DNA from: Auanema rhodensis
Lineage: Eukaryota > Animalia > Nematoda
Assembly: GCA_964057225.1 (NCBI GenBank)
Contig: OZ059899.1
Location: forward strand, 3,162,001-3,226,000
Length of the DNA: 64,000 nucleotides
Direction: 5' to 3'
Shown here: one piece after another, positions 14,901 through 31,000 of the stretch
Position numbering within the stretch: the first letter of the stretch is position 1
Layout of the letters: every line of letters starts with the position of its first letter
The notes under the pieces: model-generated
Seen by the model: the letters and a program-made list of their open reading frames with translations, nothing else
Told to the model about the DNA's origin: nothing
The model's database searches: none
Position numbers and translations under genes: made by a program

Positions 14901-17900
14901 GCTGCGTCGATCTGTGTTATCAAATTTGCGCTAGCTTAAAAATGCACCGAGATATCAACTGATATAAGTTCACACTTATATCCTCGATTTTCACCCTGAA
15001 GAAATAATTTTTTCGTTGAATAACATTGTCCATCGTCTTTGCCTTGAAAAAAGGAATCTAAAAACATCTACTTTTTGCTAAATTATTTTGAAATTTTTCG
15101 AAAAAATTTTTGTCAAAATGTTTTTGGAAGCAATGTTGAGTGTACATGGAAACTCAACATACACTAATGCATCATTTTTCAAACGATCATAACTAATTTT
15201 TGTATCAAGCGTTTTTCAATGTAGTATAGTGCATTCGATGCGGATTTTTACGCTGCGTCGATCTGTGTTATCAGATTTGCGCTAGCTTAAAAATGCACCG
15301 ATATATCAACTGATATAAGTTCACACTTATATCCTCGATTTTCACCCTGAAGAAATAATTTTTTCGTTGAATAACATTGTCCATCGTCTTTGCCTTGAAA
15401 AAAGGAATCTAAAAACATCTACTTTTTGCTAAATTATTTTGAAATTTTTCGAAAAAATTTTTGTCAAAATGTTTTTGGAAGCAATGTTGAGTGTACATGG
15501 AAACTCAACATACACTAATGCATCATTTTTCAAAAGATCATAACTAATTTTTGTATCAAGCGTTTTTCAATGTAGTATAGTGCATTCGATCCGGATTTTT
15601 AAGCTGCGTCGATCTGTGTTATCAGATTTGCGCTAGCTTAAAAATGCACCGAGATATCAACTGATATAAGTTCACACTTATATCCTCGATTTTCACCCTG
15701 AAGAAATAATTTTTTCGTTGAATAACATTGTCCATCGTCTTTGCCTTGAAAAAAGGAATCTAAAAACATCTACTTTTTGCTAAATTATTTTGAAATTTTT
15801 CGAAAAAATTTTTGTCAAAATGTTTTTGGAAGCAATGTTGAGTGTACATGGAAACTCAACATACACTAATGCATCATTTTTCAAAAGATCATAACTAATT
15901 TTTGACTCAAGCGTTTTTCAATGTAGTATAGTGCATTCGATGCGGATTTTTACGCTGCGTCGATCTGTGTTATCAGATTTGCGCTAGCTTAAAAATGCAC
16001 CGAGATATCAACTGATATAAGTTCACACTTATATCCTCGATTTTCACCCTGAAGAAATAATTTTTTCGTTGAATAACATTGTCCATCGTCTTTGCCTTGA
16101 AAAAAGGAATCTAAAAACATCTACTTTTTGCTAAATTATTTTGAAATTTTTCGAAAAAATTTTTGTCAAAATGTTTTTGGAAGCAATGTTGAGTGTACAT
16201 GGAAACTCAACATACACTAATGCATCATTTTTCAAAAGATTATAACTAATTTTTGTATCAAGCGTTTTTCAATGTAGTATAGTGCATTCGATGCGGATTT
16301 TTACGCTGCGTCGATCTGTGTTATCAGATTTGCGCTAGCTTAAAAATGCACCGAGATATCAACTGATATAAGTTCACACTTATATCCTCGATTTTCACCC
16401 TGAAGAATTAATTTTTTCGTTGAATAACATTGTCCATCGTCTTTGCCTTGAAAAATGGAATCTTAAAACATCTACTTTTTGCTAAATTATTTTGAAATTT
16501 TTCGAAAAAATTTTTGTCAAAATGTTTTTGGAAGCAATGTTGAGTATACATGGAAACTCAACATACACTAATGCATCATTTTTCAAACGATCATAACTAA
16601 TTTTTGTATTAAGCGTTTCTCAATGTAGTATAGTGCATTCGATGCGGATTTTTAAGCTGCGTCGATCTGTGTTATCAAATTTGCGCTAGCTTAAAAATGC
16701 ACCGAGATATCAACTGATATAAGTTCACACTTATATCCTCGATTTTCACCCTGAAGAAATAATTTTTTTGTTGAATAACATTGTCCATCGTCTTTGCCTT
16801 GAAAAAAGGAATCTAAAAACATCTACTTTTTGCTAAATTATTTTGAAATTTTTCGAAAAAATTTTTGTCAAAATGTTTTTGGAAGCAATGTTGAGTGTAC
16901 ATGGAAACTCAACATACACTAATGCATCATTTTTCAAACGATCATAACTAATTTTTGTATCAAGCGTTTTTCAATGTAGTATAGTGCATTCGATGCGAAT
17001 TTTTAAGCTGCGTCGATCTGTGTTATCAGATTTGCGCTAGCTTAAAAATGCACCGAGATATCAACTGATATAAGTTCACACTTATATCCTCGATTTTCAC
17101 CCTGAAGAATTAATTTTTTCGTTGAATAACATTGTCTATCGTCTTTGCTTTGAGAAATGGAATCTAAAAACATCTACTTTTTGCTAAATTATTTTGAAAT
17201 TTTTTGAAAAAATTTTTGTCAAAATGTTTTTGGAAGCAATGTTGAGTGTACATGGAAACTCAACATACACTAATGCATCATTTTTCAAAAGATCATAACT
17301 AATTTTTGTATCAAGCGTTTTTCAATGTAGTATAGTGCATTCGATGCGGATTTTTAAGCTGCGTCGATCTGTGTTATCAGATTTGCGCTAGCTTAAAAAT
17401 GCACCGAGATATCAACTGATATAAGTTCACACTTATATCCTCGATTTTCACCCTGAAGAATTAATTTTTTCGTTGAATAACATTGTCTATCGTCTTTGCC
17501 TTGAGAAATGGAATCTAAAAACATCTACTTTTTGCTAAATTATTTTGAAATTTTTCGAAAAAATTTTTGTCAAAATGTTTTTGGAAGCAATGTTGAGTGT
17601 ACATGGAAACTCAACATACACTAATGCATCATTTTTCAAAAGATCATAACTAATTTTTGTATCAAGCGTTTTTCAATGTAGTATAGTGCATTCGATGCGG
17701 ATTTTTACGCTGCGTCGATCTGTGTTATCAGATTTGCGCTAGCTTAAAAATGCACCGATATATCAACTGATATAAGTTCACACTTATATCCTCGATTTTC
17801 ACCCTGAAGAAATAATTTTTTCGTTGAATAACATTGTCCATCGTCTTTGCCTTGAAAAAAGGAATCTAAAAACATCTACTTTTTGCTAAATTATTTTGAA

Positions 17901-20900
17901 ATTTTTCGAAAAAATTTTTGTCAAAATGTTTTTGGAAGCAATGTTGAGTGTACATGGAAACTCAACATACACTAATGCATCATTTTTCAAACGATCATAA
18001 CTAATTTTTGTATCAAGCGTTTTTCAATGTAGTATAGTGCATTCGATGCGGATTTTTAAGCTGCGTCGATCTGTGTTATCAGATTTGCGCTAGCTTAAAA
18101 ATGCACCGAGATATCAACTGATATAAGTTCACACTTATATCCTCGATTTTCACCCTGAAGAAATAATTTTTTCGTTGAATAACATTGTCCATCGTCTTTG
18201 CCTTGAAAAAAGGAATCTAAAAACATCTACTTTTTGCTAAATTATTTTGAAATTTTTCGAAAAAATTTTTGTCAAAATGTTTTTGGAAGCAATGTTGAGT
18301 GTACATGGAAACTCAACATACACTAATGCATCATTTTTCAAAAGATCATAACTAATTTTTGACTCAAGCGTTTTTCAATGTAGTATAGTGCATTCGATGC
18401 GGATTTTTACGCTGCGTCGATCTGTGTTATCAGATTTGCGCTAGCTTAAAAATGCACCGAGATATCAACTGATATAAGTTCACACTTATATCCTCGATTT
18501 TCACCCTGAAGAATTAATTTTTTCGTTGAATAACATTGTCTATCGTCTTTGCTTTGAGAAATGGAATCTAAAAACATCTACTTTTTGCTAAATTATTTTG
18601 AAATTTTTTGAAAAAATTTTTGTCAAAATGTTTTTGGAAGCAATGTTGAGTGTACATGGAAACTCAACATACACTAATGCATCATTTTTCAAACGATCAT
18701 AACTAATTTTTGTATTAAGCGTTTCTCAATGTAGTATAGTGCATTCGATGCGGATTTTTAAGCTGCGTCGATCTGTGTTATCAAATTTGCGCTAGCTTAA
18801 AAATGCACCGAGATATCAACTGATATAAGTTCACACTTATATCCTCGATTTTCACCCTGAAGAAATAATTTTTTCGTTGAATAACATTGTCCATCGTCTT
18901 TGCCTTGAAAAAAGGAATCTAAAAACATCTACTTTTTGCTAAATTATTTTGAAATTTTTCGAAAAAATTTTTGTCAAAATGTTTTTGGAAGCAATGTTGA
19001 GTGTACATGGAAACTCAACATACACTAATGCATCATTTTTCAAACGATCATAACTAATTTTTGTATCAAGCGTTTTTCAATGTAGTATAGTGCATTCGAT
19101 GCGGATTTTTACGCTGCGTCGATCTGTGTTATCAGATTTGCGCTAGCTTAAAAATGCACCGATATATCAACTGATATAAGTTCACACTTATATCCTCGAT
19201 TTTCACCCTGAAGAAATAATTTTTTCGTTGAATAACATTGTCCATCGTCTTTGCCTTGAAAAAAGGAATCTAAAAACATCTACTTTTTGCTAAATTATTT
19301 TGAAATTTTTCGAAAAAATTTTTGTCAAAATGTTTTTGGAAGCAATGTTGAGTGTACATGGAAACTCAACATACACTAATGCATCATTTTTCAAAAGATC
19401 ATAACTAATTTTTGTATCAAGCGTTTTTCAATGTAGTATAGTGCATTCGATGCGGATTTTTACGCTGCGTCGATCTGTGTTATCAGATTTGCGCTAGCTT
19501 AAAAATGCACCGATATATCAACTGATATAAGTTCACACTTATATCCTCGATTTTCACCCTGAAGAAATAATTTTTTCGTTGAATAACATTGTCCATCGTC
19601 TTTGCCTTGAAAAAAGGAATCTAAAAACATCTACTTTTTGCTAAATTATTTTGAAATTTTTCGAAAAAATTTTTGTCAAAATGTTTTTGGAAGCAATGTT
19701 GAGTGTACATGGAAACTCAACATACACTAATGCATCATTTTTCAAACGATCATAACTAATTTTTGTATCAAGCGTTTTTCAATGTAGTATAGTGCATTCG
19801 ATGCGGATTTTTAAGCTGCGTCGATCTGTGTTATCAGATTTGCGCTAGCTTAAAAATGCACCGAGATATCAACTGATATAAGTTCACACTTATATCCTCG
19901 ATTTTCACCCTGAAGAAATAATTTTTTCGTTGAATAACATTGTCCATCGTCTTTGCCTTGAAAAAAGGAATCTAAAAACATCTACTTTTTGCTAAATTAT
20001 TTTGAAATTTTTCGAAAAAATTTTTGTCAAAATGTTTTTGGAAGCAATGTTGAGTGTACATGGAAACTCAACATACACTAATGCATCATTTTTCAAAAGA
20101 TCATAACTAATTTTTGACTCAAGCGTTTTTCAATGTAGTATAGTGCATTCGATGCGGATTTTTACGCTGCGTCGATCTGTGTTATCAGATTTGCGCTAGC
20201 TTAAAAATGCACCGAGATATCAACTGATATAAGTTCACACTTATATCCTCGATTTTCACCCTGAAGAATTAATTTTTTCGTTGAATAACATTGTCTATCG
20301 TCTTTGCTTTGAGAAATGGAATCTAAAAACATCTACTTTTTGCTAAATTATTTTGAAATTTTTTGAAAAAATTTTTGTCAAAATGTTTTTGGAAGCAATG
20401 TTGAGTGTACATGGAAACTCAACATACACTAATGCATCATTTTTCAAACGATCATAACTAATTTTTGTATTAAGCGTTTCTCAATGTAGTATAGTGCATT
20501 CGATGCGGATTTTTAAGCTGCGTCGATCTGTGTTATCAAATTTGCGCTAGCTTAAAAATGCACCGAGATATCAACTGATATAAGTTCACACTTATATCCT
20601 CGATTTTCACCCTGAAGAAATAATTTTTTCGTTGAATAACATTGTCCATCGTCTTTGCCTTAAAAAAAGGAATCTAAAAACATCTACTTTTTGCTAAATT
20701 ATTTTGAAATTTTTCGAAAAAATTTTTGTCAAAATGTTTTTGGAAGCAATGTTGAGTGTACATGGAAACTCAACATACACTAATGCATCATTTTTCAAAC
20801 GATCATAACTAATTTTTGTATCAAGCGTTTTTCAATGTAGTATAGTGCATTCGATGCGGATTTTTACGCTGCGTCGATCTGTGTTATCAGATTTGCGCTA

Positions 20901-23900
20901 GCTTAAAAATGCACCGATATATCAACTGATATAAGTTCACACTTATATCCTCGATTTTCACCCTGAAGAAATAATTTTTTCGTTGAATAACATTGTCCAT
21001 CGTCTTTGCCTTGAAAAAAGGAATCTAAAAACATCTACTTTTTGCTAAATTATTTTGAAATTTTTCGAAAAAATTTTTGTCAAAATGTTTTTGGAAGCAA
21101 TGTTGAGTGTACATGGAAACTCAACATACACTAATGCATCATTTTTCAAAAGATCATAACTAATTTTTGTATCAAGCGTTTTTCAATGTAGTATAGTGCA
21201 TTCGATCCGGATTTTTAAGCTGCGTCGATCTGTGTTATCAGATTTGCGCTAGCTTAAAAATGCACCGAGATATCAACTGATATAAGTTCACACTTATATC
21301 CTCGATTTTCACCCTGAAGAAATAATTTTTTCGTTGAATAACATTGTCCATCGTCTTTGCCTTGAAAAAAGGAATCTAAAAACATCTACTTTTTGCTAAA
21401 TTATTTTGAAATTTTTCGAAAAAATTTTTGTCAAAATGTTTTTGGAAGCAATGTTGAGTGTACATGGAAACTCAACATACACTAATGCATCATTTTTCAA
21501 AAGATCATAACTAATTTTTGACTCAAGCGTTTTTCAATGTAGTATAGTGCATTCGATGCGGATTTTTACGCTGCGTCGATCTGTGTTATCAGATTTGCGC
21601 TAGCTTAAAAATGCACCGAGATATCAACTGATATAAGTTCACACTTATATCCTCGATTTTCACCCTGAAGAAATAATTTTTTCGTTGAATAACATTGTCC
21701 ATCGTCTTTGCCTTGAAAAAAGGAATCTAAAAACATCTACTTTTTGCTAAATTATTTTGAAATTTTTCGAAAAAATTTTTGTCAAAATGTTTTTGGAAGC
21801 AATGTTGAGTGTACATGGAAACTCAACATACACTAATGCATCATTTTTCAAAAGATTATAACTAATTTTTGTATCAAGCGTTTTTCAATGTAGTATAGTG
21901 CATTCGATGCGGATTTTTACGCTGCGTCGATCTGTGTTATCAGATTTGCGCTAGCTTAAAAATGCACCGAGATATCAACTGATATAAGTTCACACTTATA
22001 TCCTCGATTTTCACCCTGAAGAATTAATTTTTTCGTTGAATAACATTGTCCATCGTCTTTGCCTTGAAAAATGGAATCTTAAAACATCTACTTTTTGCTA
22101 AATTATTTTGAAATTTTTCGAAAAAATTTTTGTCAAAATGTTTTTGGAAGCAATGTTGAGTATACATGGAAACTCAACATACACTAATGCATCATTTTTC
22201 AAACGATCATAACTAATTTTTGTATTAAGCGTTTCTCAATGTAGTATAGTGCATTCGATGCGGATTTTTAAGCTGCGTCGATCTGTGTTATCAAATTTGC
22301 GCTAGCTTAAAAATGCACCGAGATATCAACTGATATAAGTTCACACTTATATCCTCGATTTTCACCCTGAAGAAATAATTTTTTTGTTGAATAACATTGT
22401 CCATCGTCTTTGCCTTGAAAAAAGGAATCTAAAAACATCTACTTTTTGCTAAATTATTTTGAAATTTTTCGAAAAAATTTTTGTCAAAATGTTTTTGGAA
22501 GCAATGTTGAGTGTACATGGAAACTCAACATACACTAATGCATCATTTTTCAAACGATCATAACTAATTTTTGTATCAAGCGTTTTTCAATGTAGTATAG
22601 TGCATTCGATGCGAATTTTTAAGCTGCGTCGATCTGTGTTATCAGATTTGCGCTAGCTTAAAAATGCACCGAGATATCAACTGATATAAGTTCACACTTA
22701 TATCCTCGATTTTCACCCTGAAGAATTAATTTTTTCGTTGAATAACATTGTCTATCGTCTTTGCTTTGAGAAATGGAATCTAAAAACATCTACTTTTTGC
22801 TAAATTATTTTGAAATTTTTTGAAAAAATTTTTGTCAAAATGTTTTTGGAAGCAATGTTGAGTGTACATGGAAACTCAACATACACTAATGCATCATTTT
22901 TCAAAAGATCATAACTAATTTTTGTATCAAGCGTTTTTCAATGTAGTATAGTGCATTCGATGCGGATTTTTAAGCTGCGTCGATCTGTGTTATCAGATTT
23001 GCGCTAGCTTAAAAATGCACCGAGATATCAACTGATATAAGTTCACACTTATATCCTCGATTTTCACCCTGAAGAATTAATTTTTTCGTTGAATAACATT
23101 GTCTATCGTCTTTGCCTTGAGAAATGGAATCTAAAAACATCTACTTTTTGCTAAATTATTTTGAAATTTTTCGAAAAAATTTTTGTCAAAATGTTTTTGG
23201 AAGCAATGTTGAGTGTACATGGAAACTCAACATACACTAATGCATCATTTTTCAAAAGATCATAACTAATTTTTGTATCAAGCGTTTTTCAATGTAGTAT
23301 AGTGCATTCGATGCGGATTTTTACGCTGCGTCGATCTGTGTTATCAGATTTGCGCTAGCTTAAAAATGCACCGATATATCAACTGATATAAGTTCACACT
23401 TATATCCTCGATTTTCACCCTGAAGAAATAATTTTTTCGTTGAATAACATTGTCCATCGTCTTTGCCTTGAAAAAAGGAATCTAAAAACATCTACTTTTT
23501 GCTAAATTATTTTGAAATTTTTCGAAAAAATTTTTGTCAAAATGTTTTTGGAAGCAATGTTGAGTGTACATGGAAACTCAACATACACTAATGCATCATT
23601 TTTCAAACGATCATAACTAATTTTTGTATCAAGCGTTTTTCAATGTAGTATAGTGCATTCGATGCGGATTTTTAAGCTGCGTCGATCTGTGTTATCAGAT
23701 TTGCGCTAGCTTAAAAATGCACCGAGATATCAACTGATATAAGTTCACACTTATATCCTCGATTTTCACCCTGAAGAAATAATTTTTTCGTTGAATAACA
23801 TTGTCCATCGTCTTTGCCTTGAAAAAAGGAATCTAAAAACATCTACTTTTTGCTAAATTATTTTGAAATTTTTCGAAAAAATTTTTGTCAAAATGTTTTT

Positions 23901-25272
23901 GGAAGCAATGTTGAGTGTACATGGAAACTCAACATACACTAATGCATCATTTTTCAAAAGATCATAACTAATTTTTGACTCAAGCGTTTTTCAATGTAGT
24001 ATAGTGCATTCGATGCGGATTTTTACGCTGCGTCGATCTGTGTTATCAGATTTGCGCTAGCTTAAAAATGCACCGAGATATCAACTGATATAAGTTCACA
24101 CTTATATCCTCGATTTTCACCCTGAAGAATTAATTTTTTCGTTGAATAACATTGTCTATCGTCTTTGCTTTGAGAAATGGAATCTAAAAACATCTACTTT
24201 TTGCTAAATTATTTTGAAATTTTTTGAAAAAATTTTTGTCAAAATGTTTTTGGAAGCAATGTTGAGTGTACATGGAAACTCAACATACACTAATGCATCA
24301 TTTTTCAAAAGATCATAACTAATTTTTGTATCAAGCGTTTTTCAATGTAGTATAGTGCATTCGATGCGGATTTTTAAGCTGCGTCGATCTGTGTTATCAG
24401 ATTTGCGCTAGCTTAAAAATGCACCGATATATCAACTGATATAAGTTCACACTTATATCCTCGATTTTCACCCTGAAGAAATAATTTTTTCGTTGAATAA
24501 CATTGTCCATCGTCTTTGCCTTGAAAAAAGGAATCTAAAAACATCTACTTTTTGCTAAATTATTTTGAAATTTTTCGAAAAAATTTTTGTCAAAATGTTT
24601 TTGGAAGCAATGTTGAGTGTACATGGAAACTCAACATACACTAATGCATCATTTTTCAAACGATCATAACTAATTTTTGTATCAAGCGTTTTTCAATGTA
24701 GTATAGTGCATTCGATGCGGATTTTTAAGCTGCGTCGATCTGTGTTATCAGATTTGCGCTAGCTTAAAAATGCACCGAGATATCAACTGATATAAGTTCA
24801 CACTTATATCCTCGATTTTCACCCTGAAGAAATAATTTTTTCGTTGAATAACATTGTCCATCGTCTTTGCCTTGAAAAAAGGAATCTAAAAACATCTACT
24901 TTTTGCTAAATTATTTTGAAATTTTTCGAAAAAATTTTTGTCAAAATGTTTTTGGAAGCAATGTTGAGTGTACATGGAAACTCAACATACACTAATGCAT
25001 CATTTTTCAAAAGATCATAACTAATTTTTGACTCAAGCGTTTTTCAATGTAGTATAGTGCATTCGATGCGGATTTTTACGCTGCGTCGATCTGTGTTATC
25101 AGATTTGCGCTAGCTTAAAAATGCACCGAGATATCAACTGATATAAGTTCACACTTATATCCTCGATTTTCACCCTGAAGAAATAATTTTTTCGTTGAAT
25201 AACATTGTCCATCGTCTTTGCCTTGAAAAAAGGAATCTAAAAACATCTACTTTTTGCTAAATTATTTTGAAA

Positions 25273-28080
25273 TTTTTCGAAAAAATTTTTGTCAAAATGT
25301 TTTTGGAAGCAATGTTGAGTGTACATGGAAACTCAACATACACTAATGCATCATTTTTCAAACGATCATAACTAATTTTTGTATCAAGCGTTTTTCAATG
25401 TAGTATAGTGCATGCGATGCGGATTTTTAAGCTGCGTCGATCTGTGTTATCAGATTTGCGCTAGCTTAAAAATGCACCGAGATATCAACTGATATAAGTT
25501 CACACTTATATCCTCGATTTTCACCCTGAAGAAATAATTTTTTCGTTGAATAACATTGTCCATCGTCTTTGCCTTGAAAAAAGGAATCTAAAAACATCTA
25601 CTTTTTGCTAAATTATTTTGAAATTTTTCGAAAAAATTTTTGTCAAAATGTTTTTGGAAGCAATGTTGAGTGTACATGGAAACTCAACATACACTAATGC
25701 ATCATTTTTCAAAAGATCATAACTAATTTTTGTATCAAGCGTTTTTCAATGTAGTATAGTGCATTCGATCCGGATTTTTAAGCTGCGTCGATCTGTGTTA
25801 TCAGATTTGCGCTAGCTTAAAAATGCACCGAGATATCAACTGATATAAGTTCACACTTATATCCTCGATTTTCACCCTGAAGAAATAATTTTTTCGTTGA
25901 ATAACATTGTCCATCGTCTTTGCCTTGAAAAAAGGAATCTAAAAACATCTACTTTTTGCTAAATTATTTTGAAATTTTTCGAAAAAATTTTTGTCAAAAT
26001 GTTTTTGGAAGCAATGTTGAGTGTACATGGAAACTCAACATACACTAATGCATCATTTTTCAAAAGATCATAACTAATTTTTGACTCAAGCGTTTTTCAA
26101 TGTAGTATAGTGCATGCGATGCGGATTTTTAAGCTGCGTCGATCTGTGTTATCAGATTTGCGCTAGCTTAAAAATGCACCGAGATATCAACTGATATAAG
26201 TTCACACTTATATCCTCGATTTTCACCCTGAAGAAATAATTTTTTCGTTGAATAACATTGTCCATCGTCTTTGCCTTGAAAAAAGGAATCTAAAAACATC
26301 TACTTTTTGCTAAATTATTTTGAAATTTTTCGAAAAAATTTTTGTCAAAATGTTTTTGGAAGCAATGTTGAGTGTACATGGAAACTCAACATACACTAAT
26401 GCATCATTTTTCAAAAGATCATAACTAATTTTTGTATCAAGCGTTTTTCAATGTAGTATAGTGCATTCGATCCGGATTTTTAAGCTGCGTCGATCTGTGT
26501 TATCAGATTTGCGCTAGCTTAAAAATGCACCGAGATATCAACTGATATAAGTTCACACTTATATCCTCGATTTTCACCCTGAAGAAATAATTTTTTCGTT
26601 GAATAACATTGTCCATCGTCTTTGCCTTGAAAAAAGGAATCTAAAAACATCTACTTTTTGCTAAATTATTTTGAAATTTTTCGAAAAAATTTTTGTCAAA
26701 ATGTTTTTGGAAGCAATGTTGAGTGTACATGGAAACTCAACATACACTAATGCATCATTTTTCAAACGATCATAACTAATTTTTGTATCAAGCGTTTTTC
26801 AATGTAGTATAGTGCATGCGATGCGGATTTTTAAGCTGCGTCGATCTGTGTTATCAGATTTGCGCTAGCTTAAAAATGCACCGAGATATCAACTGATATA
26901 AGTTCACACTTATATCCTCGATTTTCACCCTGAAGAAATAATTTTTTCGTTGAATAACATTGTCCATCGTCTTTGCCTTGAAAAAAGGAATCTAAAAACA
27001 TCTACTTTTTGCTAAATTATTTTGAAATTTTTCGAAAAAATTTTTGTCAAAATGTTTTTGGAAGCAATGTTGAGTGTACATGGAAACTCAACATACACTA
27101 ATGCATCATTTTTCAAAAGATCATAACTAATTTTTGTATCAAGCGTTTTTCAATGTAGTATAGTGCATTCGATCCGGATTTTTAAGCTGCGTCGATCTGT
27201 GTTATCAGATTTGCGCTAGCTTAAAAATGCACCGAGATATCAACTGATATAAGTTCACACTTATATCCTCGATTTTCACCCTGAAGAAATAATTTTTTCG
27301 TTGAATAACATTGTCCATCGTCTTTGCCTTGAAAAAAGGAATCTAAAAACATCTACTTTTTGCTAAATTATTTTGAAATTTTTCGAAAAAATTTTTGTCA
27401 AAATGTTTTTGGAAGCAATGTTGAGTGTACATGGAAACTCAACATACACTAATGCATCATTTTTCAAAAGATCATAACTAATTTTTGACTCAAGCGTTTT
27501 TCAATGTAGTATAGTGCATGCGATGCGGATTTTTAAGCTGCGTCGATCTGTGTTATCAGATTTGCGCTAGCTTAAAAATGCACCGAGATATCAACTGATA
27601 TAAGTTCACACTTATATCCTCGATTTTCACCCTGAAGAAATAATTTTTTCGTTGAATAACATTGTCCATCGTCTTTGCCTTGAAAAAAGGAATCTAAAAA
27701 CATCTACTTTTTGCTAAATTATTTTGAAATTTTTCGAAAAAATTTTTGTCAAAATGTTTTTGGAAGCAATGTTGAGTGTACATGGAAACTCAACATACAC
27801 TAATGCATCATTTTTCAAAAGATCATAACTAATTTTTGTATCAAGCGTTTTTCAATGTAGTATAGTGCATTCGATCCGGATTTTTAAGCTGCGTCGATCT
27901 GTGTTATCAGATTTGCGCTAGCTTAAAAATGCACCGAGATATCAACTGATATAAGTTCACACTTATATCCTCGATTTTCACCCTGAAGAAATAATTTTTT
28001 CGTTGAATAACATTGTCCATCGTCTTTGCCTTGAAAAAAGGAATCTAAAAACATCTACTTTTTGCTAAATTATTTTGAAA
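25273..28080. repeat. Second copy of the 702-bp dimer higher-order repeat, 4 units
   Basis: Same alternation of GCATGCG (~25414, 26116, 26818, 27520) and GATCCGG (~25770, 26472, 27174, 27876), offset 16,147 bp from the first copy. Confidence 0.9.
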
Positions 28081-31000
28081 TTTTTCGAAAAAATTTTTGT
28101 CAAAATGTTTTTGGAAGCAATGTTGAGTGTACATGGAAACTCAACATACACTAATGCATCATTTTTCAAAAGATCATAACTAATTTTTGACTCAAGCGTT
28201 TTTCAATGTAGTATAGTGCATTCGATGCGGATTTTTACGCTGCGTCGATCTGTGTTATCAGATTTGCGCTAGCTTAAAAATGCACCGAGATATCAACTGA
28301 TATAAGTTCACACTTATATCCTCGATTTTCACCCTGAAGAAATAATTTTTTCGTTGAATAACATTGTCCATCGTCTTTGCCTTGAAAAAAAGGAATCTAA
28401 AAACATCTACTTTTTGCTAAATTATTTTGAAATTTTTCGAAAAAATTTTTGTCAAAATGTTTTTGGAAGCAATGTTGAGTGTACATGGAAACTCAACATA
28501 CACTAATGCATCATTTTTCAAACGATCATAACTAATTTTTGTATTAAGCGTTTCTCAATGTAGTATAGTGCATTCGATGCGGATTTTTAAGCTGCGTCGA
28601 TCTGTGTTATCAGATTTGCGCTAGCTTAAAAATGCACCGAGATATCAACTGATATAAGTTCACACTTATATCCTCGATTTTCACCCTGAAGAAATAATTT
28701 TTTCGTTGAATAACATTGTCCATCGTCTTTGCCTTGAAAAAAGGAATCTAAAAACATCTACTTTTTGCTAAATTATTTTGAAATTTTTCGAAAAAATTTT
28801 TGTCAAAATGTTTTTGGAAGCAATGTTGAGTGTACATGGAAACTCAACATACACTAATGCATCATTTTTCAAAAGATCATAACTAATTTTTGTATCAAGC
28901 GTTTTTCAATGTAGTATAGTGCATTCGATGCGGATTTTTACGCTGCGTCGATCTGTGTTATCAGATTTGCGCTAGCTTAAAAATGCACCGATATATCAAC
29001 TGATATAAGTTCACACTTATATCCTCGATTTTCACCCTGAAGAAATAATTTTTTCGTTGAATAACATTGTCCATCGTCTTTGCCTTGAAAAAAGGAATCT
29101 AAAAACATCTACTTTTTGCTAAATTATTTTGAAATTTTTCGAAAAAATTTTTGTCAAAATGTTTTTGGAAGCAATGTTGAGTGTACATGGAAACTCAACA
29201 TACACTAATGCATCATTTTTCAAACGATCATAACTAATTTTTGTATTAAGCGTTTCTCAATGTAGTATAGTGCATTCGATGCGGATTTTTAAGCTGCGTC
29301 GATCTGTGTTATCAGATTTGCGCTAGCTTAAAAATGCACCGAGATATCAACTGATATAAGTTCACACTTATATCCTCGATTTTCACCCTGAAGAAATAAT
29401 TTTTTCGTTGAATAACATTGTCCATCGTCTTTGCCTTGAAAAAAGGAATCTAAAAACATCTACTTTTTGCTAAATTATTTTGAAATTTTTCGAAAAAATT
29501 TTTGTCAAAATGTTTTTGGAAGCAATGTTGAGTGTACATGGAAACTCAACATACACTAATGCATCATTTTTCAAAAGATCATAACTAATTTTTGTATCAA
29601 GCGTTTTTCAATGTAGTATAGTGCATTCGATGCGGATTTTTACGCTGCGTCGATCTGTGTTATCAGATTTGCGCTAGCTTAAAAATGCACCGATATATCA
29701 ACTGATATAAGTTCACACTTATATCCTCGATTTTCACCCTGAAGAAATAATTTTTTCGTTGAATAACATTGTCCATCGTCTTTGCCTTGAAAAAAGGAAT
29801 CTAAAAACATCTACTTTTTGCTAAATTATTTTGAAATTTTTCGAAAAAATTTTTGTCAAAATGTTTTTGGAAGCAATGTTGAGTGTACATGGAAACTCAA
29901 CATACACTAATGCATCATTTTTCAAAAGATCATAACTAATTTTTGTATCAAGCGTTTTTCAATGTAGTATAGTGCATTCGATCCGGATTTTTAAGCTGCG
30001 TCGATCTGTGTTATCAGATTTGCGCTAGCTTAAAAATGCACCGAGATATCAACTGATATAAGTTCACACTTATATCCTCGATTTTCACCCTGAAGAAATA
30101 ATTTTTTCGTTGAATAACATTGTCCATCGTCTTTGCCTTGAAAAAAGGAATCTAAAAACATCTACTTTTTGCTAAATTATTTTGAAATTTTTCGAAAAAA
30201 TTTTTGTCAAAATGTTTTTGGAAGCAATGTTGAGTGTACATGGAAACTCAACATACACTAATGCATCATTTTTCAAAAGATCATAACTAATTTTTGACTC
30301 AAGCGTTTTTCAATGTAGTATAGTGCATTCGATGCGGATTTTTACGCTGCGTCGATCTGTGTTATCAGATTTGCGCTAGCTTAAAAATGCACCGAGATAT
30401 CAACTGATATAAGTTCACACTTATATCCTCGATTTTCACCCTGAAGAAATAATTTTTTCGTTGAATAACATTGTCCATCGTCTTTGCCTTGAAAAAAGGA
30501 ATCTAAAAACATCTACTTTTTGCTAAATTATTTTGAAATTTTTCGAAAAAATTTTTGTCAAAATGTTTTTGGAAGCAATGTTGAGTGTACATGGAAACTC
30601 AACATACACTAATGCATCATTTTTCAAAAGATTATAACTAATTTTTGTATCAAGCGTTTTTCAATGTAGTATAGTGCATTCGATGCGGATTTTTACGCTG
30701 CGTCGATCTGTGTTATCAGATTTGCGCTAGCTTAAAAATGCACCGAGATATCAACTGATATAAGTTCACACTTATATCCTCGATTTTCACCCTGAAGAAT
30801 TAATTTTTTCGTTGAATAACATTGTCCATCGTCTTTGCCTTGAAAAATGGAATCTTAAAACATCTACTTTTTGCTAAATTATTTTGAAATTTTTCGAAAA
30901 AATTTTTGTCAAAATGTTTTTGGAAGCAATGTTGAGTGTACATGGAAACTCAACATACACTAATGCATCATTTTTCAAACGATCATAACTAATTTTTGTA

